The notes beneath the pieces were generated by a model. That model saw nothing but the letters and a program-made list of their open reading frames with translations, searched no databases and had not been told where the DNA came from. The position numbers and the translations under genes are program-made. 64,000 nucleotides of DNA from Lingula anatina (lineage: Eukaryota > Animalia > Brachiopoda): positions 19,134,651 to 19,198,650 of the forward strand of contig CM120647.1 of the NCBI GenBank assembly GCA_051362555.1, given 5' to 3'. The stretch's first letter is position 1, and each line of letters starts with the position of its first letter. Of the stretch, positions 13,034-25,362 are shown one piece after another.

Positions 13034-13973
13034 CTTGTAGCTGGTTGAAAAACCAACCCATCTCTTTTGCTGGAGTTAGATGGCCTTTGTTTGCACGCAT
13101 TCGTACGTGTCATGTCCGTTTAAGAAAACCTTTTGACCAGGCTACAACATTTTAAAATAGTGTGCGATATTAAATTGATTCTTATTCTGTATATCCAAAA
13201 AAGAAAGAAAAGAAAGAAAACCCAGTTAAATAGCATGACTGGGAAACTTAATTTTAATTCAGATAATGGCAGTCAGTAGACAGTTGAAACCATCTATCAT
13301 GGAAAACGAGAGAAAGATAAAAACTGATATTTTGAAACTTTTAATGAAGTGGACACGTTCTTCGGGTGTGTTCTGTTGCACGTCAACTTTCTTCTATGGT
13401 GCATTAAACCGCATCATGTTTTTAATAATTTTTCTTGTTTTGTTAATGAAATCCAATACACTTAACAACTGCCCACACGACACAGCGTTAAGTTCATTAA
13501 GTATCCTTCTGAGCGGAAAAATCTTTGTAATTTTTCCATTCAAGTTTTCCTTCCGAGGATAAGTAGCGTAAACCTGCTATCACGGCTGGTTTTGTACCTG
13601 TTAAATCGATGTTGACCACTTGATGATGACACGTCAACTATCTCGTGCGACAAGCACATGCACGCAACGCAACGCGACTTCGTATATTTGCACTTTCTTT
13701 TCATCATTTACACAAAAAGTTTGTGTTACTTCAATTACGTTTACATAGTTGATGGGTCTATGGAAAAACCGGAGCAAATAACTGCCGCCACAAGTAAACT
13801 TAAAGAAAGTTATGAAATCAACCTTTTGCTATGTTTCCTGTAGGCCTAAATATGAATCTTTATCATTTTTATCTCAAACTATTCATAAATAAACATTTAT
13901 TTTCATTTAAAAGATATACATGTAGCTGTTGTCTACTAAACATGGCATTCGAACAAAATGCATTTTTTCGTTA

Positions 13974-15427
13974 TACCCCCGTCACAATTTTTCGGAATCA
14001 GCAGGAATGAAGAAAAATGAGCCCGAGCGAAGAACTTTTAAAATTCGAACCACATTCGGGGGGAAATTTTCAAATTGACCGTAATTATTGAAAAAGTACC
14101 GTTGGAATACTCAGAATGCGCTTGAATTCGCCTTGAATGATGAATGCATTTTCGACTGTGTAGCTCTCAAAAGCAGTTCGAATTTAGTTGGAAAACTAGG
14201 AATATGTATAATGCTGTTAGAAGGCAGTAAGAATATTTAGAATATACTTTGAACGGCGCACTAGTGTAGTTCGATTGCTGGCAAAATCACTATTTCAGCT
14301 CAACCGAGGCACATTCGAAACATTCTGGAGAAGTATAAAATCCCCGTCACACTAGAGGCGGAATGATTAAGAATGGCGTCGGAAATACAATTCTTTGTGC
14401 ATTCCAGGATAATCGAATAGCATTCTAAAAACATTCTAAAAATTCTGAGTGCATTCCAAATATTTTTACCCATTCTTGTGGCCGGCTCGAATTTTTTTTG
14501 TCATGTCAAAAACTTTCGAAGTGCATTCCAAGAGGAAATTTATCGAATGGCATTTGAACAGTATTCTAACTGCACTATGACTGCATTCTAAATATTCTTA
14601 CGGCATTCCGACAGCTTTCGAAACATTATGATCAGTTACCATTCATGTGACTTTAATTATACACTCTAGTCATCGTGCTACATTCTAAACATGTTAGAAA
14701 GTAATTTTAATTAAGTACTTTAGGTATTTCAGCTGCATTATGTTTGAATTTTTTATATTTCAAACCATCATTGGCAGCCATACCGGGAGCAGTTGACTGC
14801 ATTTGAGTTCGCTTCATATATCATTCGAGGCATCTTCTTACATACTTCTGCCTGTATTCGGCCAGCAGTCAAACCACACTCGTACGGCATTTGAATTTCA
14901 TTCGGAATATCCTGACTGCAATTTGAAATTCCCCCCCGATTATGGCACGAATTTTTCAATTTATTCATTCTGGCTGGTTCTACCTTGATTCCTGCTGGTT
15001 CCGAATAAGTGCAACGGGGGCCTTAAGTCGCGTACCAGTTCGAATATCCCTCGAATGTGATCAGAATGTTTTGAATGTTGTCGGAATGCCGTGAGAATAT
15101 AAAGAATGCAGTCACAGTGCTGTTAGAATACTATTCAAATGCCATTCGATAATTTTTCACTTGGAATGCGCTTCGAAAGTTTTTAACATTCAGGCCGACC
15201 ACAAGAATGGGTAAAACTATTTGAAATACACTCATAATTTTTAGAATGCTCTTTGAATATCCAGGAATGAACAAAGAATTGTCTTTCCGACGGCATTCTT
15301 GTTCATTCTGCCTCTAGTGTGACGGGGGTATTAAATTTCTTCCCGAATGTAGTACGAAATTTGAAAATATGTCATCCCGGCTGGTTCTGCTTGATTCCTG
15401 CTGATTCCGAATAAGTGTGACGGGGCC
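13974..15427. mobile_element. Composite foldback/MITE cluster with CCCCGTCACA termini (possibly PIF/Harbinger-type)
   Basis: TTA|TACCCCCGTCACA at 13974 and TGTGACGGGGGTA|TTA at 15330. Segment 14341-14625 is inverted at ~15060-15330. The left-end motif TTCGGAATCAGCAGGAAT is inverted at ~14990-15022 and 15391-15427. GAAT/ATTC-rich, non-coding. Confidence 0.65.
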
Positions 15428-16564
15428 TTTGAACTGCATGACGCTAGTATAATGTATTTAGATAACCCGGAAATAATATTATTACTTCTCTTTCATCTTT
15501 AAATCATCTACGCTGGATGCCAAAGTTTTATTTTCAGATTTTACTCTACAGAAAAAAAAAAGAAAAAAACGTCGATCTTCTGTTTAATGTGAATGGCCAT
15601 AATGAATATCACCCATAGTGAATTACAAGAATTAAACTGTATAATACACTCGTTATATTAAAAATTAATAAGAAAGAAAGAAATATCATTGTCCCTGCCC
15701 ATATCACAATCATAGAATCTTGCAATTGTCTTTTTAATTTTAAAATTCATTTTCACATTCATTATTTTCATATTATCATTATTATTACGAGAAAAGATTG
15801 GCCATGGAGTCTCGAAGAGCAAGGATTAACCTGTTTCTACCATTTATTAAAGTAGGGCGTTACTGTACTACGACTTAGCTGTTAAACAGCTGATTAAATA
15901 TTTCACTAAAGATTAAACACAATCCATATCGAAAACAAAAAGGTTTATTTTATTATTATTTTTTTTTTTTGGGGGGGGGAGACAGGGTGGTCTCAGAAAG
16001 GTATCACAGGTATGTTCTAATGAAAAAAAAAATACATTTATAGATTTGGGTAATGCAAGAATGTCTTAGACACCTAAACGTTTTTACCAAAATTTGCCAT
16101 ATAATTTGATTAAAACCATGAAGTTCGTCAAAAGTAATATGGCAAAGGTGGTACCACTGTGACGAAGTGAACTGTAATTGATACTGGATTGATCACACCC
16201 TTAGCGCATCAACGTTGTTCATCTTCCGACTGCGCTTTGCGTTAGCAAGGCGGGAGATCCAGCAATACGCGGACATTGAATTAAAATATTGAGTAAAATT
16301 GCTTCATATTGCTTTCAATAACAATTCAACATTTCCATCTTTCAAATGTTTTCATTATTTTCAACATTTTTGCAAAAGACCAGAGACAATAAGTATTTAA
16401 TTGCAGCAGTGGACGGCGATGCGCTTGGTGAAAATCACTTACTTTTCACCCATGCGAGCGATATCTTATTAGGGTATTTTTAATTAGTATGGGCAACTTA
16501 TGCAAGTTATCGAGAGCCCCAGAGGATTGTTCAATTTATGTTAAGTTTCAAATATTATTATTAT

Positions 16565-16685
16565 CAGGGCAGATCCAGGATTATTTGAAGGGGGTCCGTG
16601 GATGCGAAGCTGACCCCCCCCCCCCCCCCCCCCCCCGTTGGCGTGGGGTTGCCCCCCCCTGACCCCCCCTCTAAATCTGCCACTG
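16565..16685. mobile_element. Short CAG...CTG non-autonomous element (CAGGGC(A/G)GATCCAGGA...ATCTGCCACTG family)
   Basis: Imperfect terminal inverted repeats. A second, longer copy at 43317-43597 shares GATCCAGGATTATTTGAAGGGG and GCGTGGGGTT. Confidence 0.55.
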
Positions 16686-17374
16686 TTATTATTATTATTT
16701 TTACTATTATTATAATTATAATTATTATTATGATTATTATGATTATTATGATTATTATATGATCGCAGTCCGGTTTCTAGATCAGAACGAGATTATGCAG
16801 AACATGGCGTCATACCAGCAGAGCTATTAGGCACAGTAATGTTTTCTATTTGAGAGAGAAACGATAATTGCTTGATCCAGTTCCTTACTTATCAGCTAGG
16901 AACAAACAGACGATTGGTGCTGCACCCCCCTTACCCCGAACCGCCCTAGTTCACCTTTTAAATTTCTATCATATGCCACCAAGAATACACTTTTACATAA
17001 TTGATGAATGATGGGGTAAAACGCAAATCTATTTGATTGATTTTTCAAGGTATTTATTTCAAACGGATACGTTTTTGATACATGCATCTTTATTCATCAA
17101 CGCCAGTCCATAACTCTTTCAAACGATTTTTCTGAATAATATCTTTAATCTGGTCTTACTCTGAATAAATATTAATGTACTGGATAATAAGTTTGCACCG
17201 TTCTCGGTATAATGCAACCAGTCGTCGCTAAAATAGGAAACCAACTGGAGAAAATAAATTTAAATGAAAATATAGACGAAATTTGAGATACTCTTTCTTG
17301 TGTCTGAATACAAATTGACAACGAAAACAATTAGGGCTCCTGTGGATACCTACAGTTGGATATATATGACTTGC

Positions 17375-20300
17375 TTACTCGTTTATTTCACTAATGAGAA
17401 AAAGATGCAGAGGGAAAAAAATGACATAAAAGCACAAATCTGCCCGCAACAGGGCACCCAAAGATCTATCCACAGGGCTCTTGGTAGTCTTCCCGCCTAG
17501 AGTCATATTTTGCTCGATAGTGGACAGCACGGTGGCATCGGTGGTCGTGCTAATAGGATCACAGGCGGATGGGTCGTCCGGGTCTCGGCGAATCAGCGCC
17601 ACCTGGACATTATCCAACGCGATGACTTTCCCACCAATAGATTCCCTAACTTTCATTTCAAGGCATCTAGCCCGTCTGAGACCCTCTTCATAGTTAGGGA
17701 TGACAGACTTAAAGCTCACTCTGCCGTTGTACTGAAGTGTTTCCTTGGAAAAAATAATAGACACATAACAATAACAATAACAATAAGAACAGAAGAGAAG
17801 AAGAAGATGAGTGATGAAAATCATAGATATATTATCATTTTTATCATTATCTTCATTATTAATTAGCAGTCTTCTTTAATCTAAAAGCCTCCTTTAAATG
17901 TTTAGTAAACATGAAATCATGTGAATATTTCAAAATAAGAACAGACAAAATCTTGGGTAAATGACAATGATTGCCAACTGATTAGCGTCCTGGTCAAGTT
18001 ATAGTTAAAATAGTAAAAAAAGTCGATCAAATATTAATCTGCTAAAAAAGAAAAGGTAACAACGGTTCTTTAACCTATTTTCACTTACTTTGAGCTCGCA
18101 TCCATGCAGGATCTCGACTTCCGTGACGTTTACCAAGATGCTGTGAATCACATCATACAGTGGGAAACAAATTGACCTGTCTTGGCCACCCTCTAGCGAA
18201 AATTCAAGAGACAAAGCAAAGTACAGAAAGCTGAAGTCTGACAGGATCGGATGGCAGGATTTTTGCTGGGCATCTGTACCGTATCCGGGTGGGCATGCCA
18301 CACCGCTCGCTTTCGGCTGAAGAAAAATCAAAGAACAGTGTTTAGTCATACATGTAGGTCTGAAAAGTCGTTGCGACAAAAATGCGATGGAATATACTGA
18401 ATACTCTGTGTGGGTGTGTGTATCGGTATGTGTCTGTGTATGTGTGTGTGAATTTCACTTCTTACGTCGTTTTTTTTTTTTTTTTTTTTTTTTCATTTTT
18501 ATTTTTCAACCCAAATTTAAGATAATTTTAACATGTTTACACCGTGCTATGAACTTCAATCAAGCATGCCGCCAGAATGTCCTTTACCGTAAACGAGTTT
18601 CTCTTAATTGGATTGGTCGAAATTAAGGGTCAATTCATTTGTTTTAAGTAATGCCTTCAAGTTGCCTTTCAAGCTGTTATGATGGTTGCCACATTTTATG
18701 CGTATGGCATAAACCAGAAAATGATGCATGGATGTCTCCTGTTTCAATTGCATCTACGTTATCCATGCGATGATCTCATTGTTTCTGAGGAAAAATGAAT
18801 AGACCCTGCTTTATGAAATCATAGGCTTACTTCAGTGGCACTAATACACGAAGAGCGTATGTAATTCATTAGCTCAAAAACTCCTACATTACATAATTTG
18901 AACGGGAACACATTGTTTGTAATCTTTTAATCTTGTGCTGAAATGAAGCTTTTGGACTGGGAATCCTTGAAGGGGCCCGCACACGGTGAGCATTTGGCGC
19001 GCGCCACTTGCGCTGCGCAGTTTTCTCATCGTGTGCGGGGGTATTTTGGTGAGATTTTTGCCTCTCGCGCGGCTGAGCAAAATTTCTCATGTGTTTGATT
19101 TTTTTGGTCTCTTGAGGCAAATGTCTCAGCATGTGCGGGGTGCAAGCGCCGATTGCTCACGCCATGCCAACAATGCGCATGTGCCGGTAGCCGGAAACAA
19201 AGAAAAATGGCAGCCCCCAGTGAAATAAACAAAAATGTACACAGTTATAGTTAGTCTGATTGATTAACGTGGTCACTATTTGCCATTACTTACAGAAAAA
19301 AAAATAAATATGTAATGTTTCCTTAATCACATGATCCCACAGTTCGCAGTGCGCCCGATAGGGGCAGGCCGGGAGGCATCTCTGCTGAGCAAAGAGCGCA
19401 TCGTTTGCGGGGAGCTGAGGAGCGCGAGCATCTGCCGCAGCGCAAGTGGCGCGCGCCAAATGCTCACCGTGTGCGGGCCCCTTGACAGTCATATACAGTA
19501 ATACAGAAAACCAGGTGACAAGTCAGCATGACGCATGCGCACACACATCTAAACGTGCGCAACAGGAGAAAAGAACATGGGACTGAAGGAAATGATAACA
19601 GAAGGTCTCCGTTTTATGTGAAATGAGTACTATTGTGCCAGAGGAACACAGAGAAAATCAGGAAAAATATTAAACAAAGTACTGTCTGATATCTATAATT
19701 TTTTTTCTGGAGCCTTTTTGATTTTATAAAAAATAGTTTTTTGGGCGTACTAAATGATTAAAAAATTAAGTGATGTATGGAGAAAGAACTGATTACAAAG
19801 TTGATTATCATAACAGCTCATTTGTGCAATACGTTTTAAAAACATTGAACAATCAGACATATATAACCTTATGAGCCTAAAGCTAAAACAATACTACATG
19901 TACTACAACCAAATACTAAACAGGTGGCGGAAATAGTAGTATATTTACCAAGCCATCGCTCGTAGTTAGATCCTCCTCAAGAGACAATATCGCACCAAAT
20001 GTCAATGCATCAAACACAGTCGGGGGCTCATTCAACACTCCTTTGAACAAAGATTGTAGGAATAAATCTTTCTACCATATAGATAAATTATGCAAACACT
20101 GAGATTTACAATTAAAATTTAGTGTATTAATAAGCATTCAGTCTTATGTCATAAACGGAATAAGATTAATTTTATACGATTTCAACTAAATACAAATATC
20201 CCAAATACATCAATGTACATACCCCATAAGGAAGGTCTCCTGGAAATTTCAACACGTGTTCCTTTATCACAAAATAATAATCTACCCTAACCCGTTGACT

Positions 20301-21587
20301 GAATTATGATCCTGTTATGTGTTTTTAGTTCTGATTTTAAATCACGTTTTCTCAACGGTTTTTGATAGGATATATATATCCCATGGCGATTTTATGGGAT
20401 TTGCGGCAAAGACGCAAGGATAAATAATTCTTGCGCTATATAAAGCTTTGGAGCGCACGGCATAATTTAACATGAAATAATTGAAAAAATTATAACTCAC
20501 CGGAGCATCCTTCGCTAGTGGAGAACCTTATGCCAGTGTAGCATATCATACAGTGATAATTCTTGTAGAACGTTGCGCCGTATTGGACAATATTTGTAAA
20601 TGATTTACAAGCGTTGCGCAAGGTAGATAAAACGACGTCATCTACGTAGAAGAACCTCTGCACCGTGTTGTTGACTACAGCAAAATTGCATCGCCTATAC
20701 GCAGAATCGGGCATATCAGGAAAGCACGGTCTCTGATTCGAGTTTGGTGGGGGTCTAAACTGAGCAAAGCAATCTAGACCGTCGATGATGTTAGTAATTG
20801 CATTTAACAAACACTCTATCGAGTTGCAGGCCAAAAACACCTCCCCTTCGGATCGTTTGCATCCGACAAATAGTTTATACGGCACAGCATCATTGACGCC
20901 GTGGCATAAAGCGCAGTATTGGTTCTTAAAAGTTAATTTGTTTGTCTCGTCGAAGACAGGCTGCATTAAGCCAAGTTTTTCTTGAATGGTTGTTCCATTA
21001 TAGTCTTCCCTACATTTCTCTCGGTTTTCGTCATCGGGCCATGTCACAGGGCATTGATCAACCATCCAAGTGTAATCATTCCGTTGTGTATAAGGAAATG
21101 ATATTCCAAACGGTGCAGCGCTTAGGTAAGGTAGGTTCAAGCAAGACGAATGGCGTTCGATAATCTGTTCACTCTCGTTCACGAAGGACCCGTTGACCAA
21201 GCCGTTTCCCTGCGCTTCTGTCGGATCATTTGTCTTTGCGTTTACTCTCTCAGCGTTGTCATCAGTAACAAGCGTGCCGTTTTTAGAATTTATACTGTTG
21301 GGAAGTGGGCAAGCGATGTTTTTGTCACAGCAATCATTGTATAATGGACACAAAGCATCGCATGAACAGCGGATCTTAAATTGGGACAGTCGTAAGATTG
21401 ATAGTCCGTTTGGAAAGGTCAGCTTGAACTCTCCACAGAGCCAAGTGTTGCTAAGAAGAAGAGATGTGGTCGCTGTTTCCTCCGCAGTGCCGACATCCAT
21501 CGACGTGTTTGTATCTGCATATAAAGCAGACAAAATAGATAATTTCAGAAAGATGGTCGCCAATGCAAGGACTTTGAAGGTTCCCAT
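17375..21587 (-). CDS. Paralog 2: SMB-like, Cys-rich, putative GPI-anchored protein (~591 aa); exons 21587-20501, 20040-19949, 18316-18089, 17743-17375
   Basis: ATG 21587 (MGTFKVLALATIFLKLSILSA, signal peptide); CSCDALCPLYNDCC; TFKNQYCALCHG; FYKNYHCMIC. GT-AG junctions in phases 1,0,0; 1087+92+228+369=1776 nt open frame; hydrophobic C-terminus (LCFYVIFFPLHLFLI). Confidence 0.85.
18971..19482. mobile_element. Young GC-rich MITE (PIF/Harbinger-type, 3-bp TSD TGA) in intron 2 of paralog 2
   Basis: Perfect ~46-bp TIR AGGGGCCCGCACACGGTGAGCATTTGGCGCGCGCCACTTGCGCTGC; TGA on both sides. The homologous intron of paralog 3 (~28996) has the empty site with one TGA. Confidence 0.9.
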
Positions 21588-21667
21588 CACTAATTCTGAA
21601 CGTATGTCACTGCACTGAAATTTCTCGGCTAAAAATAAAAGTGCGCTCAATCCTACGTTGCGGGCGA

Positions 21668-21673
21668 TTTATA
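21668..21673 (-). promoter_or_regulatory. TATA box of paralog 2
   Basis: CCTTTATAAATC (- strand) is conserved upstream of paralogs 2, 3 and 4. Confidence 0.55.
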
Positions 21674-23040
21674 AAGGTTCCTGTTTCATCTGTCAAGTTT
21701 TGTGCAGTTTAGGTTTTTGGTTTTCATTGGATACTTTTGATCTTTTTGTTCGCTTTTGCACTCCAATACTTAGCTGATTTACAGGCTTGTCTCTGCCAGC
21801 GATGCTTCGTGCTATCAGAGAAACTACTAATTGCTTACAAATGGAAACTAATTTATTAAAAGGACCAAGTTGAAATTATCAACACGAATGTGATTCATGG
21901 CATCACATACGCAGCTGTTATTAGAATTAAAATGCACCTCTGAGATAATTAATGAATGGAGCTAACATTCAGCTAACAGATGCGCCCAAATTATTCGTCT
22001 GTGGTACATTAACCATGTTAAGATTTTTAAAAATAATTTGGCTTATAAGCGGAGAGAAGCTCTCCACGCTGAATCAGATTTCACTTCAGCGAATCCTGTA
22101 ATATCTAAGCAATGAAATTAACAGGGTGGTATCTGCAGCCAGTTAAACAAGATCATGTAGTCTGCCTGCAACCCTGGCTAAGCCGTTCACGTACAGTATT
22201 TCAATAACTAGTTTCAGCATAAGTCAAGGAAGTGTTTTGCGTAAACTTTTTCCAAAAAATTCCAAAAACCTAAAACTCCTCTTTGTCAACGGGCGTGCTT
22301 TATCTGTGTATTTATTTAATTATTTATTTATTTATTTATTTATTTTCACCATGCTCCTTTGATCACCTAGGTATTATTGTCAATGTCGCATCTAATTTCT
22401 CTCCAAATTTGGTCTATTTCTGAGCTTCTTGCCAAAACCGTCCTATTGTAAACGAAAGAATCCGTTGAACTTCTCCAAAGCGTGAAACAGAGCGGTCGTG
22501 TCGCTTAAATCCTAGTTCAGGTTGGTCAATTCAGCCAAATGTATATACTGTATAGCCTATCTGTTAAGTTTATGTTTTCACTTTATTATATTAATGCCAA
22601 TGCAAGCTTTAAGATCTTTAATTGGTCTTATAATTTTGTTATGATTAAATATTCTAATATATCTATCCATGAAGTATTTCCTGCTGCCTTAAAAGTCCTG
22701 AGTTTAATTCGAAACGACAGAATTTTCGGATTTCGGTAGCAGCACTTTGCAGTTATATACTGGTGTTATTTTAATACCTCGATTTTCCGGTATAAGAAGC
22801 ATGTATGCCGGCGAGATTACCCTTTACTTGTCACTTACAAGGAACAATGTAGTGTTAATTTAAGTTATTCATGTCTAACTACCCTGCAAAATGTCATGAA
22901 GTACATTTATTCTTCTTATTGTCTTGGAAACAGTAACTAGTACATGTATTTCCTCTTCAAATCGGGTGTTCGTGGCGTAAAGATTAAGCTAAAAGAGAGC
23001 AGGCAGCAAAATAATAATAATAATAATAGTAATAATAATG

Positions 23041-23081
<41 letters not shown>

Positions 23082-23400
23082 TCAATGATCGGCGATACGG
23101 GGTAATTTTTTAAGGTATCCTATACCACGGTAGAAATAAGTAACATAATCATAAAAAGAGTCATTTCCATGTAAATTTTAATGGTTACTTTGCTCCTCAT
23201 ATCTGTGCTGGCTTCTGAGTTTAACCCCCTCCAGTGCACGATATCTGATTAAGGAAAAATGGCATGTTACTGTAAGGCCTGAGGGCTGAAGGTGTTAAAA
23301 TACAGTGCGCTGATTGGCTTAGAATTGCACATGACTGACAGCTAGATATACAGATGAAGGGCAAGTTTGTGAACGGTCTTATCTCCAGGATATATATAGG

Positions 23401-23467
<67 letters not shown>

Positions 23468-23506
23468 TTTAAAAGCAGGCAATGAGATTCAAGCCAGTAT
23501 ATAGCA

Positions 23507-23559
<53 letters not shown>

Positions 23560-23562
<3 letters not shown>

Positions 23563-25215
23563 GGTTACCACTTAATATGGAATATTATTTTTTGGTGAGT
23601 AAATTTTCTACAAAATATTTAATTTCTCTCTAACTACTTTAAATCCAAAGTTGAGGTGTCACTCCATGTGTAGCCATGTGTGTTACCTTATTACCACACA
23701 ACTCTCGAAACAAATGATGCATGCAGTTGCATGTTCTGTGGTCAGAAATGCGAGGGGTGGTCTTTTCGGCAATTTCTGCCCTTGTATAAAAACGCATGGG
23801 TTTGGTCAATCTTTGGAGTGTGTTTAGAGAAGCAACAAAGGGATCGCTCTAAAACTTGACAGGTACCTTATTGAAGATATGGTTCGACAGCTAAGCAACG
23901 CAGCTTACTATGGAACTCTTGCTCTCAAAGAAAATGTCCAGAAACGGACAGCCATTGCCAGGTAATTCAACATTTATCAAGAACCGTTTGTAAAGTCCTT
24001 CAAAGAAATGATGCAACAGGGGCACCTACTCCAACACCTCGACCAGGGTGTCCGCGTATCACACCAAGAAGACAGGATCGCCTTCTCCTTAGAGGACGCC
24101 GTGCTGGTCGTACAAAGACAACCAGTGTCCTCAGAAAAGAGAGGCAGAATGTCATTCAAACGCCCGTTTCAAGGTCAATCGTGAACAAGAGATTACTGCA
24201 AGCCGGTTATTTTGCACGAAGGCCAGTAGGGAAACCACTGTTAACAGCAGGTCATATACAGCGACGTCTGCAATGGGCTGAGGACCACGTGCGTTTGCAG
24301 CCAAAATACTGGAATCACGTCGTTTTCAGAGATGAGGCCAGATATGGATTTTTTAGGGTTGATGGTCGAATCCGTGTCCACCGACGTGTACGACGGGCAT
24401 AAAACGATGATTGTGTACTGCCTAGGGTGCAAGCAGGGGCTTGTAACGTCTCTGTCTGAGGAGCATTTCATGTCGGTGCCCAGAACCAGTTGGTTTTTCT
24501 AAGAGGCAACCTCAGCCAGGATTCCTACAGAGACATTCTACAGCAAACGATGCTTCGATTGGTAAGAGCCATCTTCCGGAACAACTTTGTGTACCAAGAC
24601 GACTGCGCAACCCCACATCGAGGCCGCAGAATCACTGTTTTTCTTCAAAACCAATGGGTTCAGCAACTGCCCTGGCCTGCAAACTCTCCAGATATGAACC
24701 CAATTGAAAATCTTTGGGCAAAAGTAACTCACAGAATTAATAGCTATGGTCATCGGCCGGTAAATAGTGATGGACTGCGACAGGCAAATATCACTGCGTG
24801 GAATGATATCCCCATCCAAACTCTAAAAAACATGTTACAGGGTATGCCATGTAGGATAAGGGCGCTGCAAGCGGCTGCTGAAGGTCATACCCGCAATTAC
24901 TGACTTTTCATGATTTACTGTAGTGAGTTCTTTGACTGTGTAACATATCACTGTCCGGAGGCTATCATTTACTTTAATATCTTAGATTTAAGTTAATACT
25001 GACATTAAACTGTTGATATGGTTTTCTGGGGGTGTTCCTTTCTTTTGAATTGCATCTTATGTCATATTTGATATCATTGACCAAAATATCTCACAACAGA
25101 AGACTGGATGTTTTTATTACTCAGTGGCATACTTTTTTAATGACTCAAGCCAAGAAAAATTTAATCAGTACTCAAAAATAACAATGATAAAAATATTCCA
25201 TATTAAGTAGCAACC

Positions 25216-25218
<3 letters not shown>
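23560..25218 (+). mobile_element. Tc1/mariner transposon (Tc1, DD34E), full length but decayed
   Basis: 27-bp TIR CAGGGTT(A/G)C(C/T)ACTTAATATGGAATATT inserted in (TA)n. Transposase remnants: RRPVGKPLLT..H...RLQWA..H...WNHVVFRDE, then YQDDCATPH...WPANSPDMNPIENLW with 34 residues between the second D and the E. Confidence 0.93.
23879..24903 (+). pseudogene. Tc1 transposase pseudogene
   Basis: Recognisable Tc1 motifs in ORF fragments 24181-24402 and 24490-24903, separated by stop codons; the 5' part is frameshifted. Confidence 0.85.
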
Positions 25219-25273
<55 letters not shown>

Positions 25274-25312
25274 TTTAAAAGCAGGCAATGAGATTCAAGC
25301 CAGTATATAGCA

Positions 25313-25362
<50 letters not shown>

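Noticed and set aside
21588-21650. Longer N-terminus of paralog 2 given by the ORF track
   Set aside because: It starts at a non-ATG codon only ~20 nt downstream of the TATA box. The signal peptide and the alignment with paralogs 3 and 4 support ATG 21587.
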